Notes under the pieces: generated by a model | Seen by the model: the letters and a program-made list of their open reading frames with translations, nothing else | What the model was told of the DNA's origin: nothing | Database searches by the model: none | Origin: an uncultured Candidatus Rokubacteria bacterium | GTDB taxonomy: Bacteria > Methylomirabilota > Methylomirabilia > Rokubacteriales > DASRDR01 | Reading direction: 5' to 3' | DNA: 64,000 bases | Assembly: GCA_963805625.1 (NCBI GenBank) | Contig: CAWDVE010000017.1 | Location: 96,001 to 160,000 of the forward strand | Shown: positions 1 through 9,396 of the stretch, piece by piece | How the letters are laid out: the number at the start of each line of letters is the position of its first letter | Position numbering within the stretch: the stretch's first letter is position 1 | Translations under genes and position numbers: made by a program

Positions 1-411
1 GCCGGGCGGCGGGCCGTGTCGATCGCCGATCTCCAGGGCGAGCCCCTCATCTCGATGCCGCCCGAGTCGGGCCTGCGACGCCTGATCGACAGCGCCGCCC
101 TGTCGGTGGGCGTGCGTCTCCACCACGCGGTTACGCTCCACCAATTCGGTACCCTGTTCAGCTTCGTGCGCTCCGGGCTGGGCGTGGCCATTGTGCCCGC
201 CTCGGCGCTCCCGCCCCGGGGCGATCGAGCACTGTGCATTCGCCCCCTCGCCGGCCCGGCCGTCACGCGCAGGGTCGGGATCCTGACGCTCGGCGACCGT
301 GTCCTGTCGCCGGCGGCGTCGTCCTTTCGCGAGATCTTCAGGGCGCACTACGCGGCGACGGCGCAGGGGAGATCCGGGTCCCGGACCCTTTCCCCCCCAG
401 CGGGACGCTGA
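1..411 (+). CDS. LysR-family transcriptional regulator, C-terminal substrate-binding domain (5' truncated by window edge)
   Basis: Translation DLQGEPLI...VRSGLGVAIVPASA...RRVGIL...LSPAASSF is typical of LysR substrate-binding domains. Confidence 0.85.
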   Translation, partial: AGRRAVSIADLQGEPLISMPPESGLRRLIDSAALSVGVRLHHAVTLHQFGTLFSFVRSGLGVAIVPASALPPRGDRALCIRPLAGPAVTRRVGILTLGDRVLSPAASSFREIFRAHYAATAQGRSGSRTLSPPAGR

Positions 412-498
412 GCCCCCCCGGCTGTGGGTCCGCCACGCTCCGACGTACCGGCGAACCTCGTGTACTGTGTGGCTCACGAGACTCGCTAGGGAGGCAGG

Positions 499-1350
499 AT
501 GCCCGAGTTCCGCTACGTGATCTGCGACGTCTTCACGGATCGCCCGCTCGAGGGCAACCCACTCGCCGTCTTCACGGACGCGCGCGCCATCCCGGAGGCG
601 CTCCTCCAGCCCCTCGCCCGCGAGATGCACCTGTCGGAAACGGTCTTCTGCTATCCGGCGCGTGCGGGCGGCCATGTGCGCATCCGGATCTTCACTCCTG
701 GACACGAGCTGCCGTTCGCGGGGCACCCGGTCCTGGGCGCCGCCTTCGTCCTGGCGGCGCCGCTCCAGCTCCCGGAGATCGTCCTCGAGACGGGGGTCGG
801 ACCCGTGCCCGTCCGGATCGAGCGGGACGGCCCGCGGATCGTCTTCGGCCGGATGGTGCAGCCCGTGCCGCGAATCGAGGCGGTCGCGGACCCGGCCGCC
901 CTCCTCCGCGCGCTCGGGGTCGCGCGGGCCACGCTTCCCGTGGAGCTCTACGACAACGGCCCGCGCCATGTCTTCGTGGCTCTCGACAACGAGGCTCAGG
1001 TGGCCGCGCTCCAGCCGGATTTCCAGACGCTCGCGCGTCTGCTCCCGCGCGGGACGACGAACTGCTTCGCGGGGGAGGGGCGTCGCTGGAAGACGCGCGC
1101 CTTCGCCCCCGGCGCCGGCGTGCCGGAGGACCCGGCCACCGGCTCCGCCGCCGGGCCGCTCGCCTGCCACCTGGCGCGCCACGGCCGCATCCCCTTCGGC
1201 GAGGAGATCGAGATTCGCCAGGGCGCCGAGATCCACCGTCCGAGCGTCCTCTTCGCCCGCGCCGACGGCACCGCCGCCGTGATCGAGCGTGTCGAGGTGG
1301 GCGGCTCGGCGGTGACCGTCGCCCGCGGCGAGTTCCGGCTCCCCGGCTGA
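499..1350 (+). CDS. PhzF-family isomerase/epimerase
   Basis: [29 protein letters not shown] and EDPATGSA motifs; GGGAGG SD upstream. Confidence 0.93.
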   Translation: MPEFRYVICDVFTDRPLEGNPLAVFTDARAIPEALLQPLAREMHLSETVFCYPARAGGHVRIRIFTPGHELPFAGHPVLGAAFVLAAPLQLPEIVLETGVGPVPVRIERDGPRIVFGRMVQPVPRIEAVADPAALLRALGVARATLPVELYDNGPRHVFVALDNEAQVAALQPDFQTLARLLPRGTTNCFAGEGRRWKTRAFAPGAGVPEDPATGSAAGPLACHLARHGRIPFGEEIEIRQGAEIHRPSVLFARADGTAAVIERVEVGGSAVTVARGEFRLPG

Positions 1351-1376
1351 GCGTGGTCGTCAGTCATGCGGCGGAG

Positions 1377-2039
1377 ATGACCGGGTCCTCGTCGACGCGG
1401 CCGTTCCTCCTCGTGGGGCTCACCGGAGGGATCGCATCGGGGAAGTCCGCCGTGAGCCGGCAGCTGGCGGAGCTGGGGTGCCGGCTGATCGACGCCGACG
1501 TGCTGGCCCGCGAGGTCGTCGCGCCGGGCGAGCGGGCCTGGCGGGCCATCGTCGAGGCATTCGGCTCCGACGTCGTGGGGCCCGACGGTCAACTCGACCG
1601 GAAGCGTCTCGGGGCTCTCGTCTTCACCGATCCCGCGCGCCGCAAGGCCCTCGAGGCGATCACCCATCCGGCGATCATGGCCCGACGGCAGGCGATCCTC
1701 GACGCGTGGGCGGCCGAGGGTTTCGACGGCCTGGTCGTGCTCGACATCCCGCTTCTCATCGAGGTCGGCGCCGCGGCGCACGTGGACCGTGTGGTCTTGG
1801 TCTACGCCGAGCCCGAGGTGCAGCTCGCCCGGCTCATGGGGCGGGACGGCTTCGACCGCGCGGAGGCCGAGCGGCGCGTCGCGAGCCAGATGCCGCTCGC
1901 CGAGAAGGTGCGGCACGCCCACTTCGTCATCGACAATTCCGGCGAGCCTGAAGAGACCGCGGCCCAGGTGCGCGCCGTCCACGCCGCCCTTCTCGCGGAG
2001 CATCGCGCCCGGCGGCCCGCGGACGGCCCGGCCTCGTGA
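1377..2039 (+). CDS. coaE: Dephospho-CoA kinase
   Basis: GLTGGIASGKS P-loop, DADVLAR, LEAITHP, DIPLLIE, SQMP; start re-called to ATG 1377 inside ORF 234..2039. Confidence 0.95.
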   Translation: MTGSSSTRPFLLVGLTGGIASGKSAVSRQLAELGCRLIDADVLAREVVAPGERAWRAIVEAFGSDVVGPDGQLDRKRLGALVFTDPARRKALEAITHPAIMARRQAILDAWAAEGFDGLVVLDIPLLIEVGAAAHVDRVVLVYAEPEVQLARLMGRDGFDRAEAERRVASQMPLAEKVRHAHFVIDNSGEPEETAAQVRAVHAALLAEHRARRPADGPAS

Positions 2040-2908
2040 CCGGTGGCCCGGACGGCCCGCGCGGGCGCGTGCCCCGGATCACCGGCCGCCGGCGGCGGGC
2101 GCTCGGCCAGCACTTCCTGGTCGATCCGGGCGTCGCGGCGCGGATCGTGGACGCCGTCGGTGCCACCCGGGCCGACATCGTCTGCGAGATCGGCGCCGGT
2201 CCGGGCACCTTGACGTGGGCCCTCGCGGCGCGGGTCGGACGTCTGGTCGCGCTCGAGATCGATCCGGCGCTCCAGGCCCGGCTGGCCGAGGCCGCGCGGA
2301 CCTGGCCGGATGCCGCGCGCGTCGAGATCCTGCTCGCCGACGCGCGTGCCTTCGCGTACGAGGAGCTCGGCGCGCTCCGCCTCGCCCCGGCCGGTCGGGT
2401 GCTCGTCGTCGGCAACCTCCCGTACAGCGTGTCCAAGCCCATCCTGGGACGCCTCCTCGACGCTCGCGCGACGCTCGACGCTGCGGTCCTCATGCTCCAG
2501 CGTGAGGTGGCGGAGCGCATCACCGCGTCCCCGGGGGGGCGTGACTACGGCGCGCTCTCGATCTTCTGGCAGCGCTGGGCCGACGTGACCCAGCTCGAGG
2601 TTGTCCCCCCCGGCGCCTTCCGGCCGCCGCCGGCCGTCGAGTCCGCCGTGATTCGGGTCGGCTTCCGGTCCACGCCGCGGGTCGTGGTCCGCGACGAAGC
2701 CGCGTTCACGAGCGTGGTCCGGGCCGCCTTCGGCCAGCGCCGGAAGACCCTGGGGAACGCCCTTCGTGGGGGGGGTCTGGGAGGCCCCGAGCGTGTCACG
2801 GTCGCCCTGGCCGTGGCGGCGATCGATGGCGGGCGCCGGGCCGAGACCCTCTCGCTCGAGGAGTTCGCCCGGCTGGCCGACGCGCTCGGCCGCGCCCCGG
2901 CTGGCTGA
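2036..2908 (+). CDS. rsmA: 16S rRNA m6,2A1518/1519 dimethyltransferase
   Basis: LGQHFL, EIGAGPGTLT, GNLPY, MLQREVAERI, F.QRRKTL motifs; GTGA overlap with coaE. Confidence 0.95.
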   Translation: MTGGPDGPRGRVPRITGRRRRALGQHFLVDPGVAARIVDAVGATRADIVCEIGAGPGTLTWALAARVGRLVALEIDPALQARLAEAARTWPDAARVEILLADARAFAYEELGALRLAPAGRVLVVGNLPYSVSKPILGRLLDARATLDAAVLMLQREVAERITASPGGRDYGALSIFWQRWADVTQLEVVPPGAFRPPPAVESAVIRVGFRSTPRVVVRDEAAFTSVVRAAFGQRRKTLGNALRGGGLGGPERVTVALAVAAIDGGRRAETLSLEEFARLADALGRAPAG

Positions 2909-2968
2909 CGTCGCCCGCCCTGGTCGTTTTCCGCCATGGCCCGGTTTTTAGGGGCCTCCGCGGCTGCG

Positions 2969-2977
2969 TGATACGCT
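2969..2977 (+). promoter_or_regulatory. Extended -10 (TGnTACGCT) of rnj, very short leader
   Basis: TGaTACGCT ends 10 nt before ATG 2988; no SD. Confidence 0.5.
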
Positions 2978-2987
2978 ACGCCCAAGT

Positions 2988-4703
2988 ATGACCGACCGCG
3001 TCATCCCGGCCAGCGCTTCGGCCGGGGCTCCGGGCGACCCTGCGATCGAGCCCAGCGTTCGCATCCTCCCGCTCGGCGGCCTCGGGGAGATCGGTCTCAA
3101 CATGATGCTGCTCGAGTCGGGCGAGGATCTCCTGGCCATCGACTGCGGGCTCATGTTCCCGGACGACGAGATGCCCGGGGTGGATTACGTCATCCCGGAC
3201 TTCTCGTACCTTCTCGCGCGGCGCGAGCAGGTGCGCGGGGTTATCCTCACCCACGCTCACGAGGACCACATCGGGGCGCTCCCGTACCTCCTGCGCGAGC
3301 TCGACGTCCCGGTGTACGGGCCCCGGATGGCGCTCGCCCTGGCCGGCGAGCGCCTCCGCGAGCACGGTCTCCTGGACCGCGCCCGGCTCGTCCCGGTCGA
3401 GCCCCGGCGCGCGTTCGACGTCGGCGGCTTCCGGGTGGAGCCGATCCGGGTGACCCACTCGGTCGTCGACGGCCTCGGCTACGGCATCGAGACGCCGGTC
3501 GGCACCCTCGTCCACACGGGGGACTTCAAGTTCGATTCGAACCCGATCGACGGCGAGCGCTCGGACTATCATCGCCTCGCCGAGCTCGGCGAGCGGGGCG
3601 TCCTTTGCCTGATGGCCGACTCCACGAACGTCGACCGGCCGGGCACCACGCCGTCCGAGCACGAGGTCGGGCGCGCGCTGAGCGACCGGTTTCGCCGCGC
3701 CCCCGGGCGCGTCATCGTCGCGACCTTCGCCTCGCACGTCCACCGCATCCAGCAGGTCCTCGACCTTGCGGCCACCTTCGGGCGCAAGGTCGCGCTCCTC
3801 GGGCGGAGCATGGAGACCAACGTGCGCCTGGCCGCGGAGCTCGGTTACCTCCGCGTTCCCGACGGGACGCTCCTGTCGCTCGAGGACCTGTCGGCGCTGC
3901 CGCCCTACCGCCAATTGATCATCTCCACGGGGAGCCAGGGCGAGCCGAACTCGGCCCTGGCCCTCATGGCGGCCGCGGAGCACAAGTACCTACGCGTGGG
4001 CGAGGGTGACCTCGTAATCCTCTCCGCTCGGGTCATTCCGGGCCACGAGCGCACGGTCACGCGCGTGGTCAACCAGCTCCTCCGCCAGGGTGCCGAGGTT
4101 CTGTGGGAGGAGGTGGCGTTCGTCCACGTCTCGGGCCACGCGTCGCAGGACGAGCTCCGGCTCATGCTGAGCCTCGTCCGGCCGCAGTTCTTCATTCCGG
4201 TTCACGGCGAGTACCGGCACCTCCTGGCCCACAGCCGCCTGGCGCAGGAGGTGGGGCTCCCGGCCGAGCACGTCTTCGTCGTCGAGGACGGGCAGGGGCT
4301 CGAGCTCACCAAGACCGGCGCGCGCGCAGTCGAGCGCGTTCCCCTCGCCCGCGTACTGGTCGACGGGAAAGGGGTCGGCGACGTGGGGCCGGTGGTGCTC
4401 CGTGACCGCCAGCTCCTTGCCGAGGACGGGATGGTCGTCGTCGCCGTGACCGTGGATCGCGCGACCGGCGCGCTCGTCGCGGGGCCGGAGATCGTCTCGC
4501 GGGGCTGGGTCTACGAGCGCGAGGCCGAGGCGGTGCTGGAGGAGGCGAAGACGGCTGTCCGGGAGGCCCTCGCCGCGGAGCGGAGCGAGTCGCCGCTCGG
4601 GCGCGAGGCCCTGGTCGCTCTCCTCCGCGGCACGCTCCGCCGCTTCATCACCCAGCGGTACGACCGGAAGCCGATCGTGCTGCCGGTGGTCCTGGACGCC
4701 TGA
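2988..4703 (+). CDS. rnj: Ribonuclease J
   Basis: PLGGLGEIGLN, THAHEDH, HTGDFK, TGSQGEP, HVSGHA, PVHGE motifs. Confidence 0.96.
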   Translation: MTDRVIPASASAGAPGDPAIEPSVRILPLGGLGEIGLNMMLLESGEDLLAIDCGLMFPDDEMPGVDYVIPDFSYLLARREQVRGVILTHAHEDHIGALPYLLRELDVPVYGPRMALALAGERLREHGLLDRARLVPVEPRRAFDVGGFRVEPIRVTHSVVDGLGYGIETPVGTLVHTGDFKFDSNPIDGERSDYHRLAELGERGVLCLMADSTNVDRPGTTPSEHEVGRALSDRFRRAPGRVIVATFASHVHRIQQVLDLAATFGRKVALLGRSMETNVRLAAELGYLRVPDGTLLSLEDLSALPPYRQLIISTGSQGEPNSALALMAAAEHKYLRVGEGDLVILSARVIPGHERTVTRVVNQLLRQGAEVLWEEVAFVHVSGHASQDELRLMLSLVRPQFFIPVHGEYRHLLAHSRLAQEVGLPAEHVFVVEDGQGLELTKTGARAVERVPLARVLVDGKGVGDVGPVVLRDRQLLAEDGMVVVAVTVDRATGALVAGPEIVSRGWVYEREAEAVLEEAKTAVREALAAERSESPLGREALVALLRGTLRRFITQRYDRKPIVLPVVLDA

Positions 4704-6970
4704 TGGCGAAGACGAAGGCCCGGTCCCCCCAGCCCAAGATCGCCGCGCGGTGGCTCCGCGAGGCCCAGGGCGTCGTCGCCCTCGGGGTCGCCGCGTACCT
4801 GGGCGTCGCGCTCCTATCCTACGACCCGGCGCTCCGCTGGGTGGACCAGGAGGCCCGCGTCGGTGTCGTGGGGCTGTGGGTGGGATGGGCGCTCTTCACG
4901 ACCGTCGGCTACGCCGCCTACCTCGTTCCGGTGATGCTGATGGTGTGGGCGTTCGCGGCGTTCACGCGGCCGCTCGCCGTAGGGACGCTCTCGATCTGCG
5001 TCGGGGCCGCGCTCGGGTTGCTGGCCGTCACGGGGCTCCTGGCCCAGCTCTCGGGGCCGGTGCGCGGCGTCTGGCTCCACCGGGGCGGGTGGCTCGGCTG
5101 GGCGGTGGCGGGGACGTTCCGACGCGCCCTGGGTGACGTGGGCGCGCTGGTGTTGCTCCTCACGCTCATGGCGGTCGCGGGCCTGTGCATCACCCAGGCG
5201 TCCTACGCGGGCATCTCGCGGGCATTGATCACGCGCCTGTCCGGGCTCGCGCGCCTCGGCCGGGGGCGTCCGTTGGCAGCTCGCGCCGCGGCCCCCGCGT
5301 CGCCGGCCCCGGTCGTCGTCGAGCCACGTCCGGCGCCGCCGCCGCCCGCCATCGCGCTGCCCCCCGAGCTGCCGTCGCCGGTGGCCGCGGAGCGCACTCC
5401 GGACCGTGCGCGCGCCCGGAGCGAGGAGCGGCCGCGGCCATCGGCGGACCGGGCGGCGGCGGGCGAGGAGCGGCCCCGCTCGGCGGAGGCCCGCCGCGCG
5501 AAGCAGGAGATCTTCGGGTTCGCCCGCCCCGGCGCCACGTTCCAGCTGCCGCCCGTGTCCCTCCTCAAGGCGCCGGTGGCGGGAGAGCGTCGGCGCACCG
5601 AGAGCGAGGAGGAGCTCCGCCAGAACGCCGAGCACCTCCGGAAGCGGCTCGAGGACTTCGGAGTCAAGGGGCACATCGCGCGGATCAACCCGGGGCCGGT
5701 CATCACGGGGTACGAGTTCGAGCCGGGGCCCGGGATCAAGGTGAACCAGGTGGTGAACCTGGCGGACGACCTCGCGCTCGCGATGAAGGCCGGCGCGGTC
5801 CGGGTCTTCGGACCGGTGCCCGGGCGGGGGAGCGTCGCCATCGAGGTGCCGAATCCCGAACCCTCCACCGTGTCTCTCCGCGAGATCCTCCTCTCGAAGG
5901 AGTTCAAGGAGTCGAAGGCCCCCCTGGCCCTCGCGCTCGGGCGCGACGCGATCGGCCAGCCGGCCGTCGCGGACCTCGCGTCGATGCCGCACCTCCTCGT
6001 CGCCGGGGCGACGGGGGCGGGCAAGTCGGCCGGGCTCAACGCGATGATCTGCTCGATCCTCTTCCGCCGCACCCCCGTCGAGGCGCGCCTCCTCATGATC
6101 GATCCGAAGCGCCTGGAACTCGGGATGTACGAGGGGATCCCGCACCTCCTGGCGCCGGTCGTGACCGATGCCAAGGAAGCCGCCTCCCGCCTCCGGTGGA
6201 TCGTCGGCCGGATGGACGATCGCTACAAGCTTCTCGCGGAGAAGTCGGTCCGGAACATCGAAGGCTACAACCAGGCGGTCGAGCCGGCCGAGCGCCTGCC
6301 CTACTGGATCATCATCGTGGACGAGCTGGCCGACCTGATGATGGTCTCGGCCGGGGAGGTGGAGACCTCGCTCGCGCGGCTGGCGCAGATCGCCCGCGCG
6401 GTGGGGATCCACCTGATCATCGCGACGCAGCGACCCTCTGTCGACGTGATCACGGGTCTCATCAAGGCGAATTTTCCGGCGCGGATCGCCTTCCAGGCGG
6501 CGTCGAAGGTAGACTCGCGTACGATCCTCGACCAGAACGGCGCGGAGCAGCTCATTGGCCGCGGCGACATGCTCTTCGTGCCGCCGGCGACCTCCCGCCC
6601 GGTCCGTATCCACGGGGCGTGGGTCTCGGAACCGGAGGTCCGCGAGGTGGTCCGCTTCCTCAAGGAGCAGGGCCAGGCGGTCTTCGAGGAGGGTCTGGTC
6701 AAGCCCGTCCGCGACGAGCGGGGCGGCAACGGGGGCGGCGGCGAGGACGACCGCGACGACACCTACTGGCGTGCGGTCGAGCTGATCGTGAGCCAGAAGC
6801 AGGCGTCGATCAGCTTCATCCAGCGCCGCATGGGGCTCGGCTACCCGAAGGCGGCACGCTTCATCGACCTCATGGAGCAGGATCGCATCATCGGTCCCGG
6901 CGACGGCGCCAAGCCGCGCCAGATCCTCGTCGGTCCCGAGTACCTGCTCCGCCGCTCCGGCTCCCACTGA
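4703..6970 (+). CDS. ftsK: DNA translocase FtsK
   Basis: N-terminal TM segments, Pro-rich linker, PHLLVAGATGAGKS, DELADLMM, ATQRPSVDV, gamma domain SISFIQRR. Confidence 0.97.
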   Translation: MAKTKARSPQPKIAARWLREAQGVVALGVAAYLGVALLSYDPALRWVDQEARVGVVGLWVGWALFTTVGYAAYLVPVMLMVWAFAAFTRPLAVGTLSICVGAALGLLAVTGLLAQLSGPVRGVWLHRGGWLGWAVAGTFRRALGDVGALVLLLTLMAVAGLCITQASYAGISRALITRLSGLARLGRGRPLAARAAAPASPAPVVVEPRPAPPPPAIALPPELPSPVAAERTPDRARARSEERPRPSADRAAAGEERPRSAEARRAKQEIFGFARPGATFQLPPVSLLKAPVAGERRRTESEEELRQNAEHLRKRLEDFGVKGHIARINPGPVITGYEFEPGPGIKVNQVVNLADDLALAMKAGAVRVFGPVPGRGSVAIEVPNPEPSTVSLREILLSKEFKESKAPLALALGRDAIGQPAVADLASMPHLLVAGATGAGKSAGLNAMICSILFRRTPVEARLLMIDPKRLELGMYEGIPHLLAPVVTDAKEAASRLRWIVGRMDDRYKLLAEKSVRNIEGYNQAVEPAERLPYWIIIVDELADLMMVSAGEVETSLARLAQIARAVGIHLIIATQRPSVDVITGLIKANFPARIAFQAASKVDSRTILDQNGAEQLIGRGDMLFVPPATSRPVRIHGAWVSEPEVREVVRFLKEQGQAVFEEGLVKPVRDERGGNGGGGEDDRDDTYWRAVELIVSQKQASISFIQRRMGLGYPKAARFIDLMEQDRIIGPGDGAKPRQILVGPEYLLRRSGSH

Positions 6971-7076
6971 CCGATGCCCAAGACCCACGCGACAGGGGCC
7001 TTCCTTACGCAGAGCCACGACGGGTGGTGTAGCCGGACGAATGCCAGAGTGACACGCCTAGTTCTTCCTCAAGTGG

Positions 7077-7106
7077 TTGACAGTGCCGGGGCCGCTCGGG
7101 CATCGT
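7077..7106 (+). promoter_or_regulatory. Putative sigma70 promoter of the small ORF
   Basis: TTGACA 7077-7082, weak -10 CATCGT 7101-7106 (18-nt spacer). Confidence 0.4.
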
Positions 7107-7116
7107 ATGGAACGCG

Positions 7117-7449
7117 ATGAAGCTCAGTGAGTTTCTGCGACAGAGCACGCGCCCGCAGGCGTTCGGCACGTTGATGGACGGCGATCGCGCGTGCGCCGTC
7201 GCCCAGATGTTCGAGGAGGCCTTCGGCGTGCCGACCCAGCGCGTGGGGGTCCGCCGGGAGAGCCAGCTCCTGCGGTGGGTGATCCAGACCTATCGCATCG
7301 AGATCCCGACCCGTCAGGAGTGGTGCCGGAAGTGCGAGATTCCCTTCCAGCTCCCCGACGGGCTGTCCGGCTACCTCATCCACCTGAACGATGTCCACCT
7401 CGCGTCGAAGGGCGTCATCGTGGAGGCCCTCGAGGAGCTCGGACTCTAG
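7117..7449 (+). CDS. Hypothetical protein with CxxC...HxxxxH (putative Zn-binding)
   Basis: 110-aa ORF with host-like codon usage filling the ftsK-lolA gap; CRKC and HLNDVH. Confidence 0.7.
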   Translation: MKLSEFLRQSTRPQAFGTLMDGDRACAVAQMFEEAFGVPTQRVGVRRESQLLRWVIQTYRIEIPTRQEWCRKCEIPFQLPDGLSGYLIHLNDVHLASKGVIVEALEELGL

Positions 7450-7489
7450 GCCGGACGCCGGCCCCGGCCGGCGTCGCCCCGCTGCTGCG

Positions 7490-8158
7490 ATGCGTACGCG
7501 ACCTTCTGCGCTCTGCCTGGTCCTGGTCTTCGCCGGCGTCCTGGCGCTCGCCGCTGGCGCGACCGCCGCGCCGACCCTCGACGAGGCCGTGAGCGCCCTC
7601 GAACAGGCCCAGCGGCGGGTGACCGACCTCAAGGCGCCGTTCCGGCAGGCGGCGCACAACAAGGCACTGAACCAGACCATCGACGCCCGCGGCACGCTCT
7701 ATCTGAAGAAGCCCGGGCGTCTCCGCTGGGAATACCAGACCCCGACGCCCCAGGAGATCGTCTCCGACGGCACGCGGCTCTGGATCTACACGCCCGAGCT
7801 CAAGCAGGTGAACGTGAGCGCTGCCCCGGCGGCCCTCGCCGGTCCCGCCGGGAGCTTCCTCCAGGGGTTCGGGCAGGTGCGGGAACATTTCGAGGCGCGC
7901 TTCCTCAACCCAGCCCAGCCCACCGACGCCGACGGGCTCGTCGTCCTGGACCTCGCGCCGAAGCGCCCCCAGCCGCTCCTCGCGCGCCTGATCGTCTCGG
8001 TCGACTCCCGGAGCTGGCTCGTGCGGCAGGCAATCGTCCACGACGAGCTCGGGAACACCGTCACCGTGCGCTTCGGCGACACGGTGGTGAACTCGGGGCT
8101 CTCCGACGCGCTGTTCGTCTTCGTGCCCCCGCCGGGTGTCGCAGTCGTCCAGCACTAA
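7490..8158 (+). CDS. lolA: Outer-membrane lipoprotein carrier LolA
   Basis: Signal peptide, A.F.Q, GTLYLKKPGRLRWEY, IVSDG..LWIY.PEL.QV, F.F.PP.G; start re-called to ATG 7490. Confidence 0.92.
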   Translation: MRTRPSALCLVLVFAGVLALAAGATAAPTLDEAVSALEQAQRRVTDLKAPFRQAAHNKALNQTIDARGTLYLKKPGRLRWEYQTPTPQEIVSDGTRLWIYTPELKQVNVSAAPAALAGPAGSFLQGFGQVREHFEARFLNPAQPTDADGLVVLDLAPKRPQPLLARLIVSVDSRSWLVRQAIVHDELGNTVTVRFGDTVVNSGLSDALFVFVPPPGVAVVQH

Positions 8159-8173
8159 CGCCGGGAGAGGATC

Positions 8174-8674
8174 ATGGCTAAGGCTGAGAACTCCTTCGAC
8201 GTCGCATGCAAGGTTGACCCACAGGCAGTCACCGACGCGGTCCACCAGGCGACCCGCGAGATCCAGACGCGCTACGACCTCAAGCAGACCAAGACCGAGC
8301 TCGGGCTGGAGAAGGACACGATCACCGTCCACACGGACAACGACTACACTCTGAAGCAGGTTCTCGACGTGCTCCAGTCGAAGCTCCACCGCCGGGGCGT
8401 GCCGCTGAAAGCGCTCACCTACGGGAAGGTCGAGCCCGCCGCGAGCGGCACCGTGCGCCAGCGGATCGACGTGCAGCAGGGAATCCCGATGGAGAAGGCG
8501 AAGGAGATCGTCCGCCTGATCAAGGACACGAAACTCAAGGTGCAGGCTCAGATCCAGGAGGACCACGTCCGGGTGTTCGGCAAGAACCGGGACGACCTCC
8601 AGGCGGTGATCAAGACCCTCAGGGAGCAGGATCTGGGCATCGAGATGCAGTTCACGAACTACCGCTCGGAGTAA
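8174..8674 (+). CDS. yajQ: YajQ-family nucleotide/c-di-GMP-binding protein
   Basis: [31 protein letters not shown]. Confidence 0.95.
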   Translation: MAKAENSFDVACKVDPQAVTDAVHQATREIQTRYDLKQTKTELGLEKDTITVHTDNDYTLKQVLDVLQSKLHRRGVPLKALTYGKVEPAASGTVRQRIDVQQGIPMEKAKEIVRLIKDTKLKVQAQIQEDHVRVFGKNRDDLQAVIKTLREQDLGIEMQFTNYRSE

Positions 8675-8743
8675 CCCCTCCCCGCGGGCCAGGCCCTTCG
8701 AGGCCGGCCCCCTTGGGGCGCGGGTCGTTCGCCGGGTGCGTCC

Positions 8744-9112
8744 CTACCGAACAATCACCGCGTTGGGCAGCCCCTGGAAGTCTGCGTCGGCGGTGACCAG
8801 TGTGGCCCCATGGCGCCGTGCCGTGGCGTAGACGAGAGAATCTGCCATCGCGAGACCCTGGGCGAGGGACAGATCGGCCGCCTCGAGTGCCAGGGACTCG
8901 TCCACGGGCGCGATCGTCGCGCGCCGCAGGGCCGCCACTGCCTCCAAGGCCCGTTCCTCCGAGAGATCCCGGCGGATGACCTTGTAGACCTCGTAGATCT
9001 CGATCGCCGACACGAGGAGAGGCTGGGAGCCCTCGAGGTACTTGGCGAATCGGGCGGCCCGGGGCCGGTCGGCGAGGTATTCGATCCAGCCGCTCGAGTC
9101 GACCAGGATCAG
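8744..9112 (-). CDS. vapC: PIN-domain toxin VapC (probable CTG start)
   Basis: Frame extends upstream of the track ORF to (M)ILVDSSGWIEY; E..E, ADSLVYATA and LVTADADF PIN motifs. Confidence 0.88.
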   Translation of the reverse strand: MILVDSSGWIEYLADRPRAARFAKYLEGSQPLLVSAIEIYEVYKVIRRDLSEERALEAVAALRRATIAPVDESLALEAADLSLAQGLAMADSLVYATARRHGATLVTADADFQGLPNAVIVR

Positions 9113-9318
9113 AGGCGATCCTTCTTCTCGCGTAACCCCCGCTCGCTCGCTCCGCGTGCCACGCCGCGGAACGCTCGCATCGGCCGCTCGGGAACTAGGA
9201 AGATGACGCCTCCCTTGGCGACCACGGTGAGCTTCATCCCGGGCTGGAGCCGGAGTCGCTCGCGGGTGGCGCGAGGCAGCACGAGCTGGTACTTGCTCGA
9301 GAGGGTCACCGTTTCCAT
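9109..9318 (-). CDS. vapB: AbrB/MazE/SpoVT-family antitoxin
   Basis: 69 aa, TLSSKYQLVLPR..RERL.L.PG swapped-hairpin motif; overlaps toxin start. Confidence 0.9.
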   Translation of the reverse strand: METVTLSSKYQLVLPRATRERLRLQPGMKLTVVAKGGVIFLVPERPMRAFRGVARGASERGLREKKDRL

Positions 9319-9321
9319 CGT

Positions 9322-9359
9322 CTTACGAAGAATCTATCGATTGGCCAAGCGTAAGTCAA
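9322..9359 (-). promoter_or_regulatory. vapBC promoter with inverted-repeat operator
   Basis: TTGACT(9359-9354)-N17-TAGATT(9336-9331); inverted repeat CTTACG(9322-9327)/CGTAAG(9350-9355); palindrome TTGGCCAA 9341-9348. Confidence 0.7.
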
Positions 9360-9396
9360 GCCGGGGGCCGGTGGAGCGCCGTGCGCTCGCTCGGCC

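Noticed and set aside
499-1350. Phenazine biosynthesis cluster
   Set aside because: PhzF-like gene is solitary; no other phz genes adjacent
4814-7018. Long antisense or alternate-frame ORFs (e.g. 4814..7018, 23237..25498, 31907..34399, 35870..38203, 50855..53497)
   Set aside because: Shadow ORFs expected in high-GC DNA; R/G/P/A-rich, no family motifs, overlapping well-supported genes
8686-8712. GC hairpin after yajQ as an intrinsic terminator
   Set aside because: Imperfect stem and no U-tract on either strand
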